Shown piece by piece: positions 22,752 through 32,455 of a stretch of 64,000 bases of DNA; the stretch's first letter is position 1; every line of letters starts with the position of its first letter. Position numbers and translations under genes: made by a program. Under the pieces are notes generated by a model, which was given only the letters and a program-made list of their open reading frames with translations, made no database searches and had not been told where the DNA came from. Origin of the DNA: an uncultured Verrucomicrobiae bacterium (GTDB lineage: Bacteria; Verrucomicrobiota; Verrucomicrobiia; Chthoniobacterales; JAFAMB01); the NCBI GenBank assembly GCA_963775805.1, contig CAVZKG010000001.1:104180-168179 (forward strand). Reading direction: 5' to 3'.

Positions 22752-24023
22752 ATGAGCCGAAGCGAGCAGGGTCCAGCCACCGCAGTGCGAATGGAGGAGG
22801 TTGCGCATCTGTCGTTACTGATTGGCCGCTTGCTATTGGCCAATGGCGCTGACACCACGCAAGTGCGAGACTCGGTCGAACGTTTCGCCGCGGCCCTCGG
22901 CTGTGAGGTGCGGTTGGTCGTGGCATATGAAGAGCTCCTGTTGACGATGGTCGGCCAGGATGGGTTTCGAACCAAAGTCAGTCGTCACTTGCCGGCGATG
23001 AATGTGGATATGAGCGCGGTCGGCGCCATCAATGAAATTGTCAACAATGTGGTTTCAGGTCGGCTCGATGTAGCCGGCGCCAGCGCAGGATTAGCCGCGC
23101 TCGAACACGGGCAACCGGTCTATCCGCGAGGGGTTAGCGCGATTGGCGTTGGCTTGACTGCAGCGGCTCTCTCAAAATTGTTCGGAGGCGATTGGCCGGT
23201 GTTTTTGTCCGTGCTCGTCGCCGGGTCGGTCGGGACTTGGGTCCGGCAAGAGCTGGGCAGAAAGCATTTTATTCCGTCACTGACTGTGTTTGTCACCGCG
23301 TTGGTCAGCGGTGTGATCGGGGGTCTTGGGATGCGTTTGTATCCTGGGGCGATGCCGGCGCTCTGTCTGATCGCTCCCGGGATGATCCTTGTGCCCGGGG
23401 TTCCGTTGATCAACGGCGTTCGGGACGCGATAAACAACCATATCGACCTTAGCTTGGCGCGTCTGGCATTCGGAGCGGTCGTGGTCTTGTCGATCGCTTT
23501 TGGGCTGTTCCTCGCGACCGTTGCGACAGGTGTTAGTATTCCGGTATCGGGTCCAACTGTGGAGTTGCCAATTCTTGAAGACGCAATTTTCTCAGGACTT
23601 GCCGCGGCCGGCTATGTTTTCCTGTTTAATGTCCCGGTGAAGAACGCATGGGCCTGCATCCTGTGCGGAATGTCTAGCCATACGCTAAGGACAGTTGCTG
23701 TCGATCTGGGAGTCAATCTTGTCATCGGCACGGTACTTGGATCTTTGGCAGCAGGTTTTTTGGCGCAAGGATTCGCTCGCTATTTCAAAGCGCCTCCTGC
23801 GACGTTCGCTTTTCCTGGCGTCGTCGCCTTGGTGCCGGGTTCCTACGCCTTTCGAGCCGTGATGGGTAGTATCCAGGTCATGCAGGCCGGATCGGGAGCT
23901 TCGGCGGGATTGGTTGCCGAGACCGCTGGACTCTGGATTTCCTGTATCCTGCTGACGATTGCCATTGGCATCGGGGTCGCTGTGCCTTTGGCACTGATGA
24001 TCGGGAACAAGAAGCGAGGCTAG
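22752..24023 (+). CDS. Threonine/serine exporter family protein (fused ThrE N- and C-type domains)
   Basis: GRLLLANGADTTQV, MILVPGVPLINGVRD, VALVPGSYAFRA, about 10 TM segments. Confidence 0.85.
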   Translation: MSRSEQGPATAVRMEEVAHLSLLIGRLLLANGADTTQVRDSVERFAAALGCEVRLVVAYEELLLTMVGQDGFRTKVSRHLPAMNVDMSAVGAINEIVNNVVSGRLDVAGASAGLAALEHGQPVYPRGVSAIGVGLTAAALSKLFGGDWPVFLSVLVAGSVGTWVRQELGRKHFIPSLTVFVTALVSGVIGGLGMRLYPGAMPALCLIAPGMILVPGVPLINGVRDAINNHIDLSLARLAFGAVVVLSIAFGLFLATVATGVSIPVSGPTVELPILEDAIFSGLAAAGYVFLFNVPVKNAWACILCGMSSHTLRTVAVDLGVNLVIGTVLGSLAAGFLAQGFARYFKAPPATFAFPGVVALVPGSYAFRAVMGSIQVMQAGSGASAGLVAETAGLWISCILLTIAIGIGVAVPLALMIGNKKRG

Positions 24024-24114
24024 GTTAGGAGTTAGGAGTTAGGAATTCGAGGTTATGAGTTCGAGGTTAGGGGTTCGAAGTTAGGGGTTCGAGGTTAGGG
24101 GTTCGAGGTTGGGG
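24024..24114. repeat. Heptamer tandem array (GTTAGGA/GTTAGGG/GTTCGAG) x13
   Basis: Thirteen consecutive 7-mers immediately after the thrE-like stop codon. Confidence 0.9.
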
Positions 24115-24137
24115 GTGTTTACCAAAGGGTGCGACTG

Positions 24138-24416
24138 TCATTTCTCGGGAACCACGGTCAGTTGCTTCAGGTCCCCGGATTTCGAGACTAAGGCGGTGAA
24201 TGTGAAGTCGTCGCCGTCATCATTGTTAATGGTAACATCGGATTCGCCTTTGATTTCCACTTCGTCCGCCGTGGTCCATCGGGCACTGAGGAACGTGGGA
24301 AGTACAATCTTCCCAACGCTGCCCGAAGATGTGTTGAAAGCTTGAGCGATCCGGGGTACGAATTTGGCGTCCAAATCATCATAGAATAGACGGTGAGTTT
24401 TGCCTCCGGATTTCAA
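24138..24416 (-). CDS. Hypothetical protein, possibly an N-terminally truncated remnant
   Basis: 92-aa ORF with natural-looking beta-rich composition. TTG start without SD and an in-frame TAG 10 codons upstream. Confidence 0.4.
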   Translation of the reverse strand: MKSGGKTHRLFYDDLDAKFVPRIAQAFNTSSGSVGKIVLPTFLSARWTTADEVEIKGESDVTINNDDGDDFTFTALVSKSGDLKQLTVVPEK

Positions 24417-24511
24417 CTCGATCAGGTCACGCCTTCCGGAGGCCTAGCGCAGTGAAGGCCCCGTAAAAAATGTTGTTGCCTTCGCTTAACTCGCAGCAGA
24501 GAGCTCTTGCT

Positions 24512-25306
24512 ATGTCCAGCCCAGAACTTTTTGCGGTTTATCCCGATCTTCGGGGACGCAGTGTGTTAGTCACCGGAGCGGGTCAACCTGCTGGGATTGG
24601 TGCAGCAACCTGTCGACTTTTTGCAAAGCAAGGCTGCGACCTGTTTTTCACTTATCGCTCCGTTGAGGATCGGCGGTATTGGTCGAGTGATTCGGAGGAA
24701 GAGAATGCAGCGGCGCTGGTGTCGGATTTGCGGGCTTATGGAGTGCGGGCTGAATGCCTGGGTATTGATCTGGGCCTGCCGGAGAGCCCGAGGAAGGTCC
24801 TGGATAGCGCTTACGACGCGCATGGAGGACTATCGATCCTTGTGAATAACGCGGCGCACTCGACTCGGGATGGATTCGAGACTTTGGATGCGGAGGGCTT
24901 AGACGCACATTATTTTGTCAATGTGCGAGCTACAGCGCTGCTATCCGTTGGATTTGCGAAACGATTTGGGAATGGATCGGGAGGGCGAATCATCAATTTG
25001 AGTTCCGGCCAGGATCTCGGGCCAATGCCCGGGGAGCTAGCATACGTCGTGTCGAAAGGGGCGATCACGGCGTTCACAAGGTCGCTTGCGAAAGGGGTAG
25101 CAGGCAAAGGGATTACAGTGAATGCAGTGGATCCGGGTCCTACCGATACAGGTTGGATGTCGGCGGAACAGAAAGGGCGTCTGGCTATGGAAAATGCATT
25201 CGGCCGGGTGGGTACTGCGGACGATGCGGCCCGAATTATCGTATTCCTTGCGAGCAAAGCGGCTGAGTGGATCAGCGGCGAAGTGATTCATGCGCGAGGG
25301 GCTTAA
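24512..25306 (+). CDS. Short-chain dehydrogenase/reductase (SDR)
   Basis: VTGAG..GIG, VNNAA, YVVSK (YxxxK), VNAVDPGPTDTGW. Confidence 0.92.
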   Translation: MSSPELFAVYPDLRGRSVLVTGAGQPAGIGAATCRLFAKQGCDLFFTYRSVEDRRYWSSDSEEENAAALVSDLRAYGVRAECLGIDLGLPESPRKVLDSAYDAHGGLSILVNNAAHSTRDGFETLDAEGLDAHYFVNVRATALLSVGFAKRFGNGSGGRIINLSSGQDLGPMPGELAYVVSKGAITAFTRSLAKGVAGKGITVNAVDPGPTDTGWMSAEQKGRLAMENAFGRVGTADDAARIIVFLASKAAEWISGEVIHARGA

Positions 25307-25325
25307 GCGAAATTCGATCACCGCC

Positions 25326-25470
25326 TGAACGCCGAACGGTGAACGGTGAACGGTGAACGGTGAATGCCTCGGTGTGAATGGCGCGCTAATATCGAGTACG
25401 AGGTACGAGCACGAGCACGAGTACGATTGCAAACTCGGAACCTCGAACTTCGAACCCACTCCCCCCCCTT
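25326..25470. repeat. Mixed short-repeat cassette: TGAACGG x4 with degenerate flanks, GAGCAC/GAGTAC hexamers, CTCGAAC-type heptamers
   Basis: Directly visible. The hexamer motif recurs in the 45532-46384 array. Confidence 0.8.
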
Positions 25471-25504
25471 TTGTGCGGAAAGCTGATTTGCCAGAGCAGA
25501 GGTC

Positions 25505-25702
25505 AGCCTCGGTTTGCTTTCGGAAGAGTACGATGCGACGAAAAGTCGATTTGTGGGCAATTTCCCACAAGCCTTTTCCCACGTTGGCCTCGTCAACTCG
25601 GCTAGAAACCTGTCGGAGAACGGGGCGCAGCACATCACCGAAGCGGCCAGTGAGTACAGGCCAATCGACTTGTCCAGAAGGGACAACCGGCGATGCAAAT
25701 GA
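25505..25702 (+). pseudogene. Glycoside hydrolase family 15 C-terminal remnant
   Basis: GLLSEEYD....FVGNFPQAFSHVGLVNSARNL is the GH15 C-terminal signature. The rest of the gene is absent. Confidence 0.8.
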
Positions 25703-25795
25703 ACGAAGAACTGACCGATCTGTTTCTGGGTCGCACGTCGAATTCTCGGGATAATCTGTGCGCACTGTGTGGTTTTGCTGATAGTTGGATTGGAT

Positions 25796-26734
25796 ATGAA
25801 AATATTGGTCATCGGTGCCGGCGCCGTTGGAGGCTATTTTGGCGGCAGGCTGCAGCAGGCAGGTCAGGATGTAACATTCCTTGTTCGGCCGAAGCGGGCA
25901 GCCGAATTGAAGCGGACGCGGTTGGTCATCAAGGATACGAACGGAGAGATTGCGATGGATCCGTCGTTGCTGATCACCACTGAACCGGCGCCGCAGATAT
26001 TCGATCTCGTGGTCCTCAGCGCCAAAGCCCATAGCCTGGAGGGCGCTATCGATTCTCTTGCACCGGCGATGGGGCCGGAAACAACCGTTTTGCCGCTTTT
26101 GAACGGGATGCGGCACCTCGACATCTTGAATGAGAGATTCGGAGTCGAGCATGTGCTGGGTGGATTGTGTATAATCTCGGCGACGCTGGATGACGAGGGA
26201 GCGGTTTTACGCATCGGGCCGATGCACACGCTTACGTTTGGCGAGCAGCAGGGGGGTATGAGCGAACGGGCAAGGCGAATCCTTTCTATGATGCAAGGCG
26301 CGGCATTCGATTCATATGCCAGTAAGGCGATTCTTCAGGAGATGTGGGAAAAATGGGTGTTTATTTCGTCCCTTGCGGGAAGCACGACTTTGATGCGAGC
26401 CACGATCGGCGATATCTGCAGTACGAAGGATGGGCGCGATTTTGTATCGGCACTGATCGATGAATGCGGCGAAATCGCGAAGGCTGCAGGGCATGAACCG
26501 CGGGAGACTTTCCTCCAGAGAATTCGCCCGCAACTGACGGCACCGAATTCGAATCTCACAGCTTCCATGTACCGGGATATGGAACGGAACGCCTCGATTG
26601 AAGCGGATCACATAATAGGTGATCTGCTCCAACGAGGGCTGCGAAAGAGTGGGTCAGGGCCGAAGGATTTTCCGTTGTTACGTCTGGTGTACGCGAATCT
26701 GAAAGCGTACGAGCGCAGGCGCGAGCGCGCTTGA
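25796..26734 (+). CDS. panE: 2-dehydropantoate 2-reductase (ketopantoate reductase family)
   Basis: MKILVIGAGAVGGYFG, LNG, WEKW, SMYRD, IEADHIIG. Confidence 0.88.
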   Translation: MKILVIGAGAVGGYFGGRLQQAGQDVTFLVRPKRAAELKRTRLVIKDTNGEIAMDPSLLITTEPAPQIFDLVVLSAKAHSLEGAIDSLAPAMGPETTVLPLLNGMRHLDILNERFGVEHVLGGLCIISATLDDEGAVLRIGPMHTLTFGEQQGGMSERARRILSMMQGAAFDSYASKAILQEMWEKWVFISSLAGSTTLMRATIGDICSTKDGRDFVSALIDECGEIAKAAGHEPRETFLQRIRPQLTAPNSNLTASMYRDMERNASIEADHIIGDLLQRGLRKSGSGPKDFPLLRLVYANLKAYERRRERA

Positions 26735-26854
26735 GCTGCGGAGTGGCTGGTCGTTCTGATGGGCGAGTGAGGCAGATGGGGTCGATGTGCTGCGGCTCGT
26801 TGGTGCTTGGCATTTTGCCTTTTGTTTGCTTGGTTGATTTTGGGGTCGGGTTCG

Positions 26855-28300
26855 ATGGGCAAACACTTCTTTTGCTATCTTCTTTGTGCACTGGTGGCCG
26901 GATGCGCGCATCTGGTCAAAATTTCTTATCCGCCGAGCGCGGCGATTCATCCTGCGTTCAACAAGCCGGTTACGACTTGGGAAGGAGAGTCGGTGCAGGT
27001 TGTCTGGACACCTTCGATCCGCGGCGACACGCGTCGATACCTTGCGAACTATGACCAGGTCCTGATAGCGAACTCCATACGGCAGGAGGGGCTGCACCGC
27101 GAGTATAGGCAGACGGGCAAAGGAACGCCTCTTGTCGTCTACGCGAAAAATCCCGAAATCACCCCGCAAGAGGAACATTACCCTCAGGTCGGCTTATCGC
27201 TCGGAATCACAGCCGTAAAAGAAACTCGCCCAGGCCAGATTCCGTTACTGAAGCTTTACGATTCTTTTGATCCGGCGGTGGTCCAATCAGCCGGGGGGAC
27301 GAACCAGATCGCAGCAAATTTCACAGCGCCGATTGCGGTTCTTTATTCCCATGCGCGCAAAGTCGCTGCGAGCGCGGCGGGTTCATTCCTGAGGCCGGAC
27401 AATCCACAATACGCCACAGGGGTCTATCTGACTCAGCCTTACGACCCGAATAAGATCCCTATTCTGTTCATTCATGGGCTGATCTCGTCGCCTATCTCCT
27501 GGCAGAATCTGGTGAATGATCTCTGTTCTGATCCGAAAGTCCTCGAGCATTATCAGCCCTGGTTTTTCTTATATCCGACCGGTCAGCCGATCTTCGAGAG
27601 TGCGGCGCAACTGCGCGCAGACCTGGAATCAACCATGCGACTGTTCGATCCGAGCGGCACGGCAACGGCGTCGCGTCATATTGTAGTCGTCGCGCATAGC
27701 ATGGGCGGTCTGCTCGCACACACGCTGGTATCGGATAGCGGGGACGCCCTTTGGAACGTGTTTGCAAACCGTCCTCTCAATAGCCTGGTTCTTTCACCCA
27801 CCGACCGGGATGACGTGACGAAATATTTTTTTTTCCAGCATCAACCGGCTATTGAACGCGTCATATTTCTAGCGGTGCCGCATCGGGGCAGTTGGCTGGC
27901 TGCCGGAATCGTGGGTACCATTGGAAACCGGATTATCCGGCATTCCAGAGGCCCCGCGGAAGCGATGCGCGACCTTGAGAAAAAATATCCAGGAACGCTG
28001 GATCCCTATTTCGCTGCGGTCAACAGGCGTGGTGGACCGACAAGTCTCTATTCACTGGCGCCGAACCCTTTGCTGGACCAGCTTGCTGCGCTCCCGATCA
28101 AAGTTCCTTTCCATAGCATTATTGGCGATCGAGGAATGGGGGATGGCGTCGATGGTTCAGATGGAATCGTTTCGTACCGGAGTGCGCATCTGGCCGGTGC
28201 GGATTCCGAAAAGATTGTGCCTGCTGGACACAATCTCATATCGCATCCGGCGACAGTTGCGGAGATCAAGAGGATACTCGACGAGAATCTCGGTAAATGA
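26855..28300 (+). CDS. Alpha/beta hydrolase (esterase/lipase-like), predicted lipoprotein
   Basis: Lipobox LVAGC, FIHGL oxyanion region, AHSMGG nucleophile elbow, PHRGS, SDGIV, AGH. Confidence 0.85.
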   Translation: MGKHFFCYLLCALVAGCAHLVKISYPPSAAIHPAFNKPVTTWEGESVQVVWTPSIRGDTRRYLANYDQVLIANSIRQEGLHREYRQTGKGTPLVVYAKNPEITPQEEHYPQVGLSLGITAVKETRPGQIPLLKLYDSFDPAVVQSAGGTNQIAANFTAPIAVLYSHARKVAASAAGSFLRPDNPQYATGVYLTQPYDPNKIPILFIHGLISSPISWQNLVNDLCSDPKVLEHYQPWFFLYPTGQPIFESAAQLRADLESTMRLFDPSGTATASRHIVVVAHSMGGLLAHTLVSDSGDALWNVFANRPLNSLVLSPTDRDDVTKYFFFQHQPAIERVIFLAVPHRGSWLAAGIVGTIGNRIIRHSRGPAEAMRDLEKKYPGTLDPYFAAVNRRGGPTSLYSLAPNPLLDQLAALPIKVPFHSIIGDRGMGDGVDGSDGIVSYRSAHLAGADSEKIVPAGHNLISHPATVAEIKRILDENLGK

Positions 28301-28459
28301 AAATCACTTGAGGGGGTATCGGCGGGCTTCTAATCGTGCTCCTACCGGTGATCGTTCTCGTATTCGATGAAGGTTGCTGATAGCGGACGGGCCCCCGGGG
28401 TATGATGGGGTAGGTTTTCCGCGTTAAAGACGATTTTTTTCGGTGTACATTTTAAATAA

Positions 28460-28488
28460 TTGACACTGATCCGCGCGCGTCCGTTAAT
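28460..28488 (+). promoter_or_regulatory. Candidate sigma70 promoter of the sugar cluster
   Basis: TTGACA-17 bp-GTTAAT, 65 nt upstream of the SIS gene. Confidence 0.5.
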
Positions 28489-28553
28489 AGGCCGTCCGGG
28501 ACAAACGCACGATTTCAATTAATCTCCTGGGCATCAAATTCCCCCTATTTCTT

Positions 28554-29132
28554 ATGTCGACCACGGACTACGGTTCGCTCGTCCGCGCGGTACTCGCGGA
28601 AAATCAGAAAGTCCTTGAGGCGGTCAATCCTGAGGATGTTGAAAAGTTCATCGAAGAAATTCTGAAGGCCAAGACCATTCATCTCTATGCCATGGGTCGT
28701 ATGCAGCTCTCGGTGCGCGCGTTCGCGATGCGGCTCAAGCATATGGGAATCGAGACCTACGTAGTCTACGACACGACGAGCCCGCAAATCGGGCCTGGCG
28801 ACCTTTTGATTGGGCATTGCGCGGTGACCAACGTGGAATTAAATGTTGTGCGTCTTGCAAAGGCCGCGGGCGCCCGAGTCGCTTTGCTCACTGCGCACCC
28901 GGAAAACGAACATGGCCAACTGGCGGATCTCTGTGTGCGGGTTCCGGGCCAAATATTCGGCGGTCCCGAAGAAGTGAAGTCCATTCAGCCAATGGCGTCG
29001 TTACTGGAGCAAGCGCTGTTCCTGTTTACCGATATCGTGGTGATGATGCTGATTGAGAGAAAAGGAGTCTCGGTGGCGGCCATGCAGAAGAGCCATACAA
29101 ACCTCGAAGGTCTCCCGCATTCGTTTGCATGA
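28554..29132 (+). CDS. SIS-domain sugar-phosphate isomerase (6-phospho-3-hexuloisomerase/HxlB-like)
   Basis: AFAMRLKHMG, GPGDLLI, SIQPMASLLEQ, HTNLE C-terminus. Confidence 0.85.
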   Translation: MSTTDYGSLVRAVLAENQKVLEAVNPEDVEKFIEEILKAKTIHLYAMGRMQLSVRAFAMRLKHMGIETYVVYDTTSPQIGPGDLLIGHCAVTNVELNVVRLAKAAGARVALLTAHPENEHGQLADLCVRVPGQIFGGPEEVKSIQPMASLLEQALFLFTDIVVMMLIERKGVSVAAMQKSHTNLEGLPHSFA

Positions 29133-29157
29133 GAGCCGGGTAGAGAAGCCTAATCAA

Positions 29158-29637
29158 ATGTCTATGCAAGACGGCGATATCATTCAGCTGGCGCACGTCG
29201 TTCTGGATGTCGACGCTGCGATGAAACATTACCACGACGTTTTCGGGTATGGGCCGTGGGATATTTATGAATTCAGAGCGCCGCTGCTGCGCGAATCAAT
29301 GTATCGGGGTAAACCTGCAGAGCACGAATACATTGTTGCGGTGACCTGGGTAAACGGGGTGCAATTGGAACTGATGCAACCGGTCAGCGGGTACAGCATT
29401 TACAACGAGTATATCGAACAGAATAAGGGCGGGTTCCATCATGCAAAGATCTACTTCAAAGATTGCGTTAAGGCGGTCGAGGATTTGAAAGGAAAAGGAT
29501 ATGAGGTGATCCAGAGCGGAAAAATCGGCGAAGACGAGTTCTACTACTTTGATACCGAGAAGGATTTTGGGGTGATTTGGGAACTGGGCAACGTTGGCAC
29601 GATGCCGCCGAAGCCTGCCAGAGTTTTCCCGGGTTAA
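29158..29637 (+). CDS. VOC family protein (methylmalonyl-CoA epimerase-like)
   Basis: QLAHVV, FGYGPW, LELMQP...SIY, GFHH, YFDT...IWEL. Confidence 0.82.
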   Translation: MSMQDGDIIQLAHVVLDVDAAMKHYHDVFGYGPWDIYEFRAPLLRESMYRGKPAEHEYIVAVTWVNGVQLELMQPVSGYSIYNEYIEQNKGGFHHAKIYFKDCVKAVEDLKGKGYEVIQSGKIGEDEFYYFDTEKDFGVIWELGNVGTMPPKPARVFPG

Positions 29638-29764
29638 ACGGACCGATGTGCATAAGTTTTCACGGCATCCCGGGCGCCTTTTGATGTTCGATTCCGAACA
29701 AATGCCTTTCTTAATACAAACAGAATGAACACCCAAATATAACCCCCTCACCCACCAATCACCT

Positions 29765-30772
29765 ATGCGATTACCTGCCCTTAATATGAAATCCCGGAAT
29801 GTCGGACGCGCGATTCGGCACCTTGTTTATCTCACCTGTCTGGTTGGATTAAGTAGCACCGGATTCGCGAAGAACATCCAAATGGCGATTATTCCGAAGC
29901 TTCGTGCTCCCTGGTTCAACCGTCTGGATGAAGGCGCGAAGAAAGCGGCTTCAGACCTTGGCGTGGACACCTATATGCAGGCAGGCGCATCCGCCGATGA
30001 GGCGGAACAGGTGCGTCTGATTCAGGATGCGATCAGCCGCGGCGTGAACGCGCTTCTGATCATTCCGAACAACGCCCAGTCGCTTGAGCCGGTCCTTGCT
30101 CAAGCCAAGCAGCAGGGCATCGTTGTGATTACCCACGAGTCACCGAATCAGAAGGGCGCCGACTTCGATATCGAAATGATCGATAATCAAAAATTCGGTG
30201 AGTTTGGTCTTGAAAAAATGGTGCAATCCATGGGGCCCGAAGGTGAGTACGTGATCTATGTCGGATCGCTCACCGTGCCGGCGCATAATATCTGGGCCGA
30301 CGCTGCGATCAAGTTGGCAAAAGAGAAATATCCTAAACTGAAATTGGCAGCGGATCGATTTCCGGTGGGTGAGGATCAGAATGCGGCGCGCCAGAAAGGA
30401 CTGGAGGTCTTTCGGGCGTACCCGAATGTGAAAGGATTCCTCTGTTTCGGCAGCCAAGGCGCACCTGGAGCCGCACAGGCGATCAGGGATCAGCATCTCC
30501 AGGATAAAGTCACGGCTGTTGGAACGACTTCTCCCAACCAGGCAGCGCAGTACCTGGAAGATGGCTCCATGAAGTTTACCTTTCTCTGGGATCCAGGCGA
30601 AGCAGGTTACGCAATGGTCTGGCTGGCTAAACAGGTGCTCGACAAAAAGGAAGTGACCGAAGGGACAGAGATTCCCACGATCGGCAAAATTCCCAGCCTC
30701 AAGGGAAACACGATCGTTTACGATCGCCCGCTTGGTGTGGATAAGAGCAACTACAAGAATTATAATTTTTGA
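29765..30772 (+). CDS. Sugar ABC transporter substrate-binding protein (LsrB/RhaS-like)
   Basis: Signal peptide, PKL..PWF, VVITHES, FLWDP. Confidence 0.88.
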   Translation: MRLPALNMKSRNVGRAIRHLVYLTCLVGLSSTGFAKNIQMAIIPKLRAPWFNRLDEGAKKAASDLGVDTYMQAGASADEAEQVRLIQDAISRGVNALLIIPNNAQSLEPVLAQAKQQGIVVITHESPNQKGADFDIEMIDNQKFGEFGLEKMVQSMGPEGEYVIYVGSLTVPAHNIWADAAIKLAKEKYPKLKLAADRFPVGEDQNAARQKGLEVFRAYPNVKGFLCFGSQGAPGAAQAIRDQHLQDKVTAVGTTSPNQAAQYLEDGSMKFTFLWDPGEAGYAMVWLAKQVLDKKEVTEGTEIPTIGKIPSLKGNTIVYDRPLGVDKSNYKNYNF

Positions 30773-30888
30773 GTTTCCGCGATCGTCGGGTGAAATCTTT
30801 ACGATAGTTCCCTGTGCCGGGGGTAAAGTATCGGCTCAGGAGGAAATCGCCGCTGGCGTCCGTTCGATCGATTGCGTAATTCAGTAGC

Positions 30889-32409
30889 ATGACTGAATCG
30901 TCCGCGAGCAAGGCGCAGGATTACTTTCTGCGCCTCGATAAGATCACCAAGAAATATGGGGGTGTTACCGCGCTGGACAACGTATCATGCGCGGTTCGGA
31001 AGGGAGAGATTCATTGTCTCGCTGGAGAGAACGGATCGGGGAAATCGACCCTGATCAAAATCATCTCCGGGATCGAGCATCCGGACAGCGGTCAAGTCTA
31101 TTTTGATGGGGCGTTGACTCGGCATTTGGATTCCTCGGGATCAATTAATCGGGGAGTTCAGGTGATTTACCAGGATCTGTCTCTGTTTTCGAATCTGACT
31201 GTTGCAGAAAATATCGCGCTACCGGCGGTGCTGGCGCAGAAAGCAATCGCACTTCGGTGGGGGGCGATTCGGGCCCATGCTCAGGAAACGCTCAAACGAC
31301 TCCGGCTGGAGATCGACCTCGATGAGATTGTTGGGAATTTATCGTTAGCGCAACAGCAACTAGTGGCGATCTCCCGTGCACTCAGCGGCGAGGTAAAGCT
31401 GCTGATCATGGACGAACCGACGACGGCACTCACGCGCAAGGAGGTTGATAGCCTGTTCTCAGTCGTTCTTGATCTGCAAGCGAAGGGTATCTCCATTCTA
31501 TTTGTTAGTCACAAGTTGAACGAAGTGTTCGAAGTCGCTGAACGCTTCACGATTCTGCGGGATGGCAAGTGGGTTGGCACATTCGATCGCGGAGAGTTGG
31601 ATTCGCAGAAACTGGTACAACTGATGACCGGACAAGCAGTGGCGACCGACGCGTATCGGCCAGGCATTCAAGAGCGAGAAATTCTTTTGGAAATGCGCAA
31701 CCTGTCGAAGCGTAACAACTTTAAAGGCATCACATTTCAGCTTCATCGGGGTGAAATTCTTGGTCTCACCGGACTTCTGGGTTCCGGCAGAACAGAGCTA
31801 GCCCTCGCTTTATTCGGGATGAACCGACCCGATTCCGGTGAGATATTTTTCGAAGGAAGAGAGGTGAAGATCGAGTCTGTTCAGAACGCGATTCGATTAG
31901 GAATCAGTTATGTTCCAGAAAATCGCATCCGGCAAGGGCTTGTCATTGGTCAATCGATTGGCTCCAATCTCATCCTGGCGACGGCGGAACGTTTATTAAA
32001 CCGTTTGCGCCTCATCAGCTGGATTAAACGAAACCAGATCATCCAAGACTGGATCAAAAGGCTCGGGATCAAAGTGTCGGATGCGGACCTTCCGGTAGAG
32101 ACATTGTCCGGAGGGAATCAACAGAAAGTCGTGATCGCGCGTTGGCTTGCAACGAATCCGAAACTGCTCATTTTAGATTCACCGACGGTAGGAATCGACG
32201 TTGGGGCAAAACGCAGCGTGCATCAATTGATTCGCGAACTCTCTGCCACAGGGGTCGGGATTATTCTGATAACGGATGAAACGGGGGAAGCGCTCAACAA
32301 TTGTGAGCGTGTTTTGTTAATGAGAAACGGCCGATTCATTGACTGCCTGAATAGTTCAGAAGAGACCGAGTTAAGCGTCCAGAAGCGCTTAGAGGAATCG
32401 AGGGTGTGA
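30889..32409 (+). CDS. Sugar ABC transporter ATP-binding protein (two ATPase domains)
   Basis: GENGSGKST, IMDEPT, LSGGNQQKV. Confidence 0.93.
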   Translation: MTESSASKAQDYFLRLDKITKKYGGVTALDNVSCAVRKGEIHCLAGENGSGKSTLIKIISGIEHPDSGQVYFDGALTRHLDSSGSINRGVQVIYQDLSLFSNLTVAENIALPAVLAQKAIALRWGAIRAHAQETLKRLRLEIDLDEIVGNLSLAQQQLVAISRALSGEVKLLIMDEPTTALTRKEVDSLFSVVLDLQAKGISILFVSHKLNEVFEVAERFTILRDGKWVGTFDRGELDSQKLVQLMTGQAVATDAYRPGIQEREILLEMRNLSKRNNFKGITFQLHRGEILGLTGLLGSGRTELALALFGMNRPDSGEIFFEGREVKIESVQNAIRLGISYVPENRIRQGLVIGQSIGSNLILATAERLLNRLRLISWIKRNQIIQDWIKRLGIKVSDADLPVETLSGGNQQKVVIARWLATNPKLLILDSPTVGIDVGAKRSVHQLIRELSATGVGIILITDETGEALNNCERVLLMRNGRFIDCLNSSEETELSVQKRLEESRV

Positions 32410-32455
32410 TCAATGCGGAGTTGATTTTCCTGCGGCATCAAAGAAGCCACGTTAA

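Noticed and set aside
24066-24101. TTAGGG telomere-like motif
   Set aside because: Part of a bacterial heptamer array with 7/14-nt periodicity, not tandem 6-mer telomeric repeats.
25037-26152. 371-aa minus-strand ORF
   Set aside because: Antisense shadow spanning the SDR, repeats, GH15 remnant and panE, with no coherent domain.
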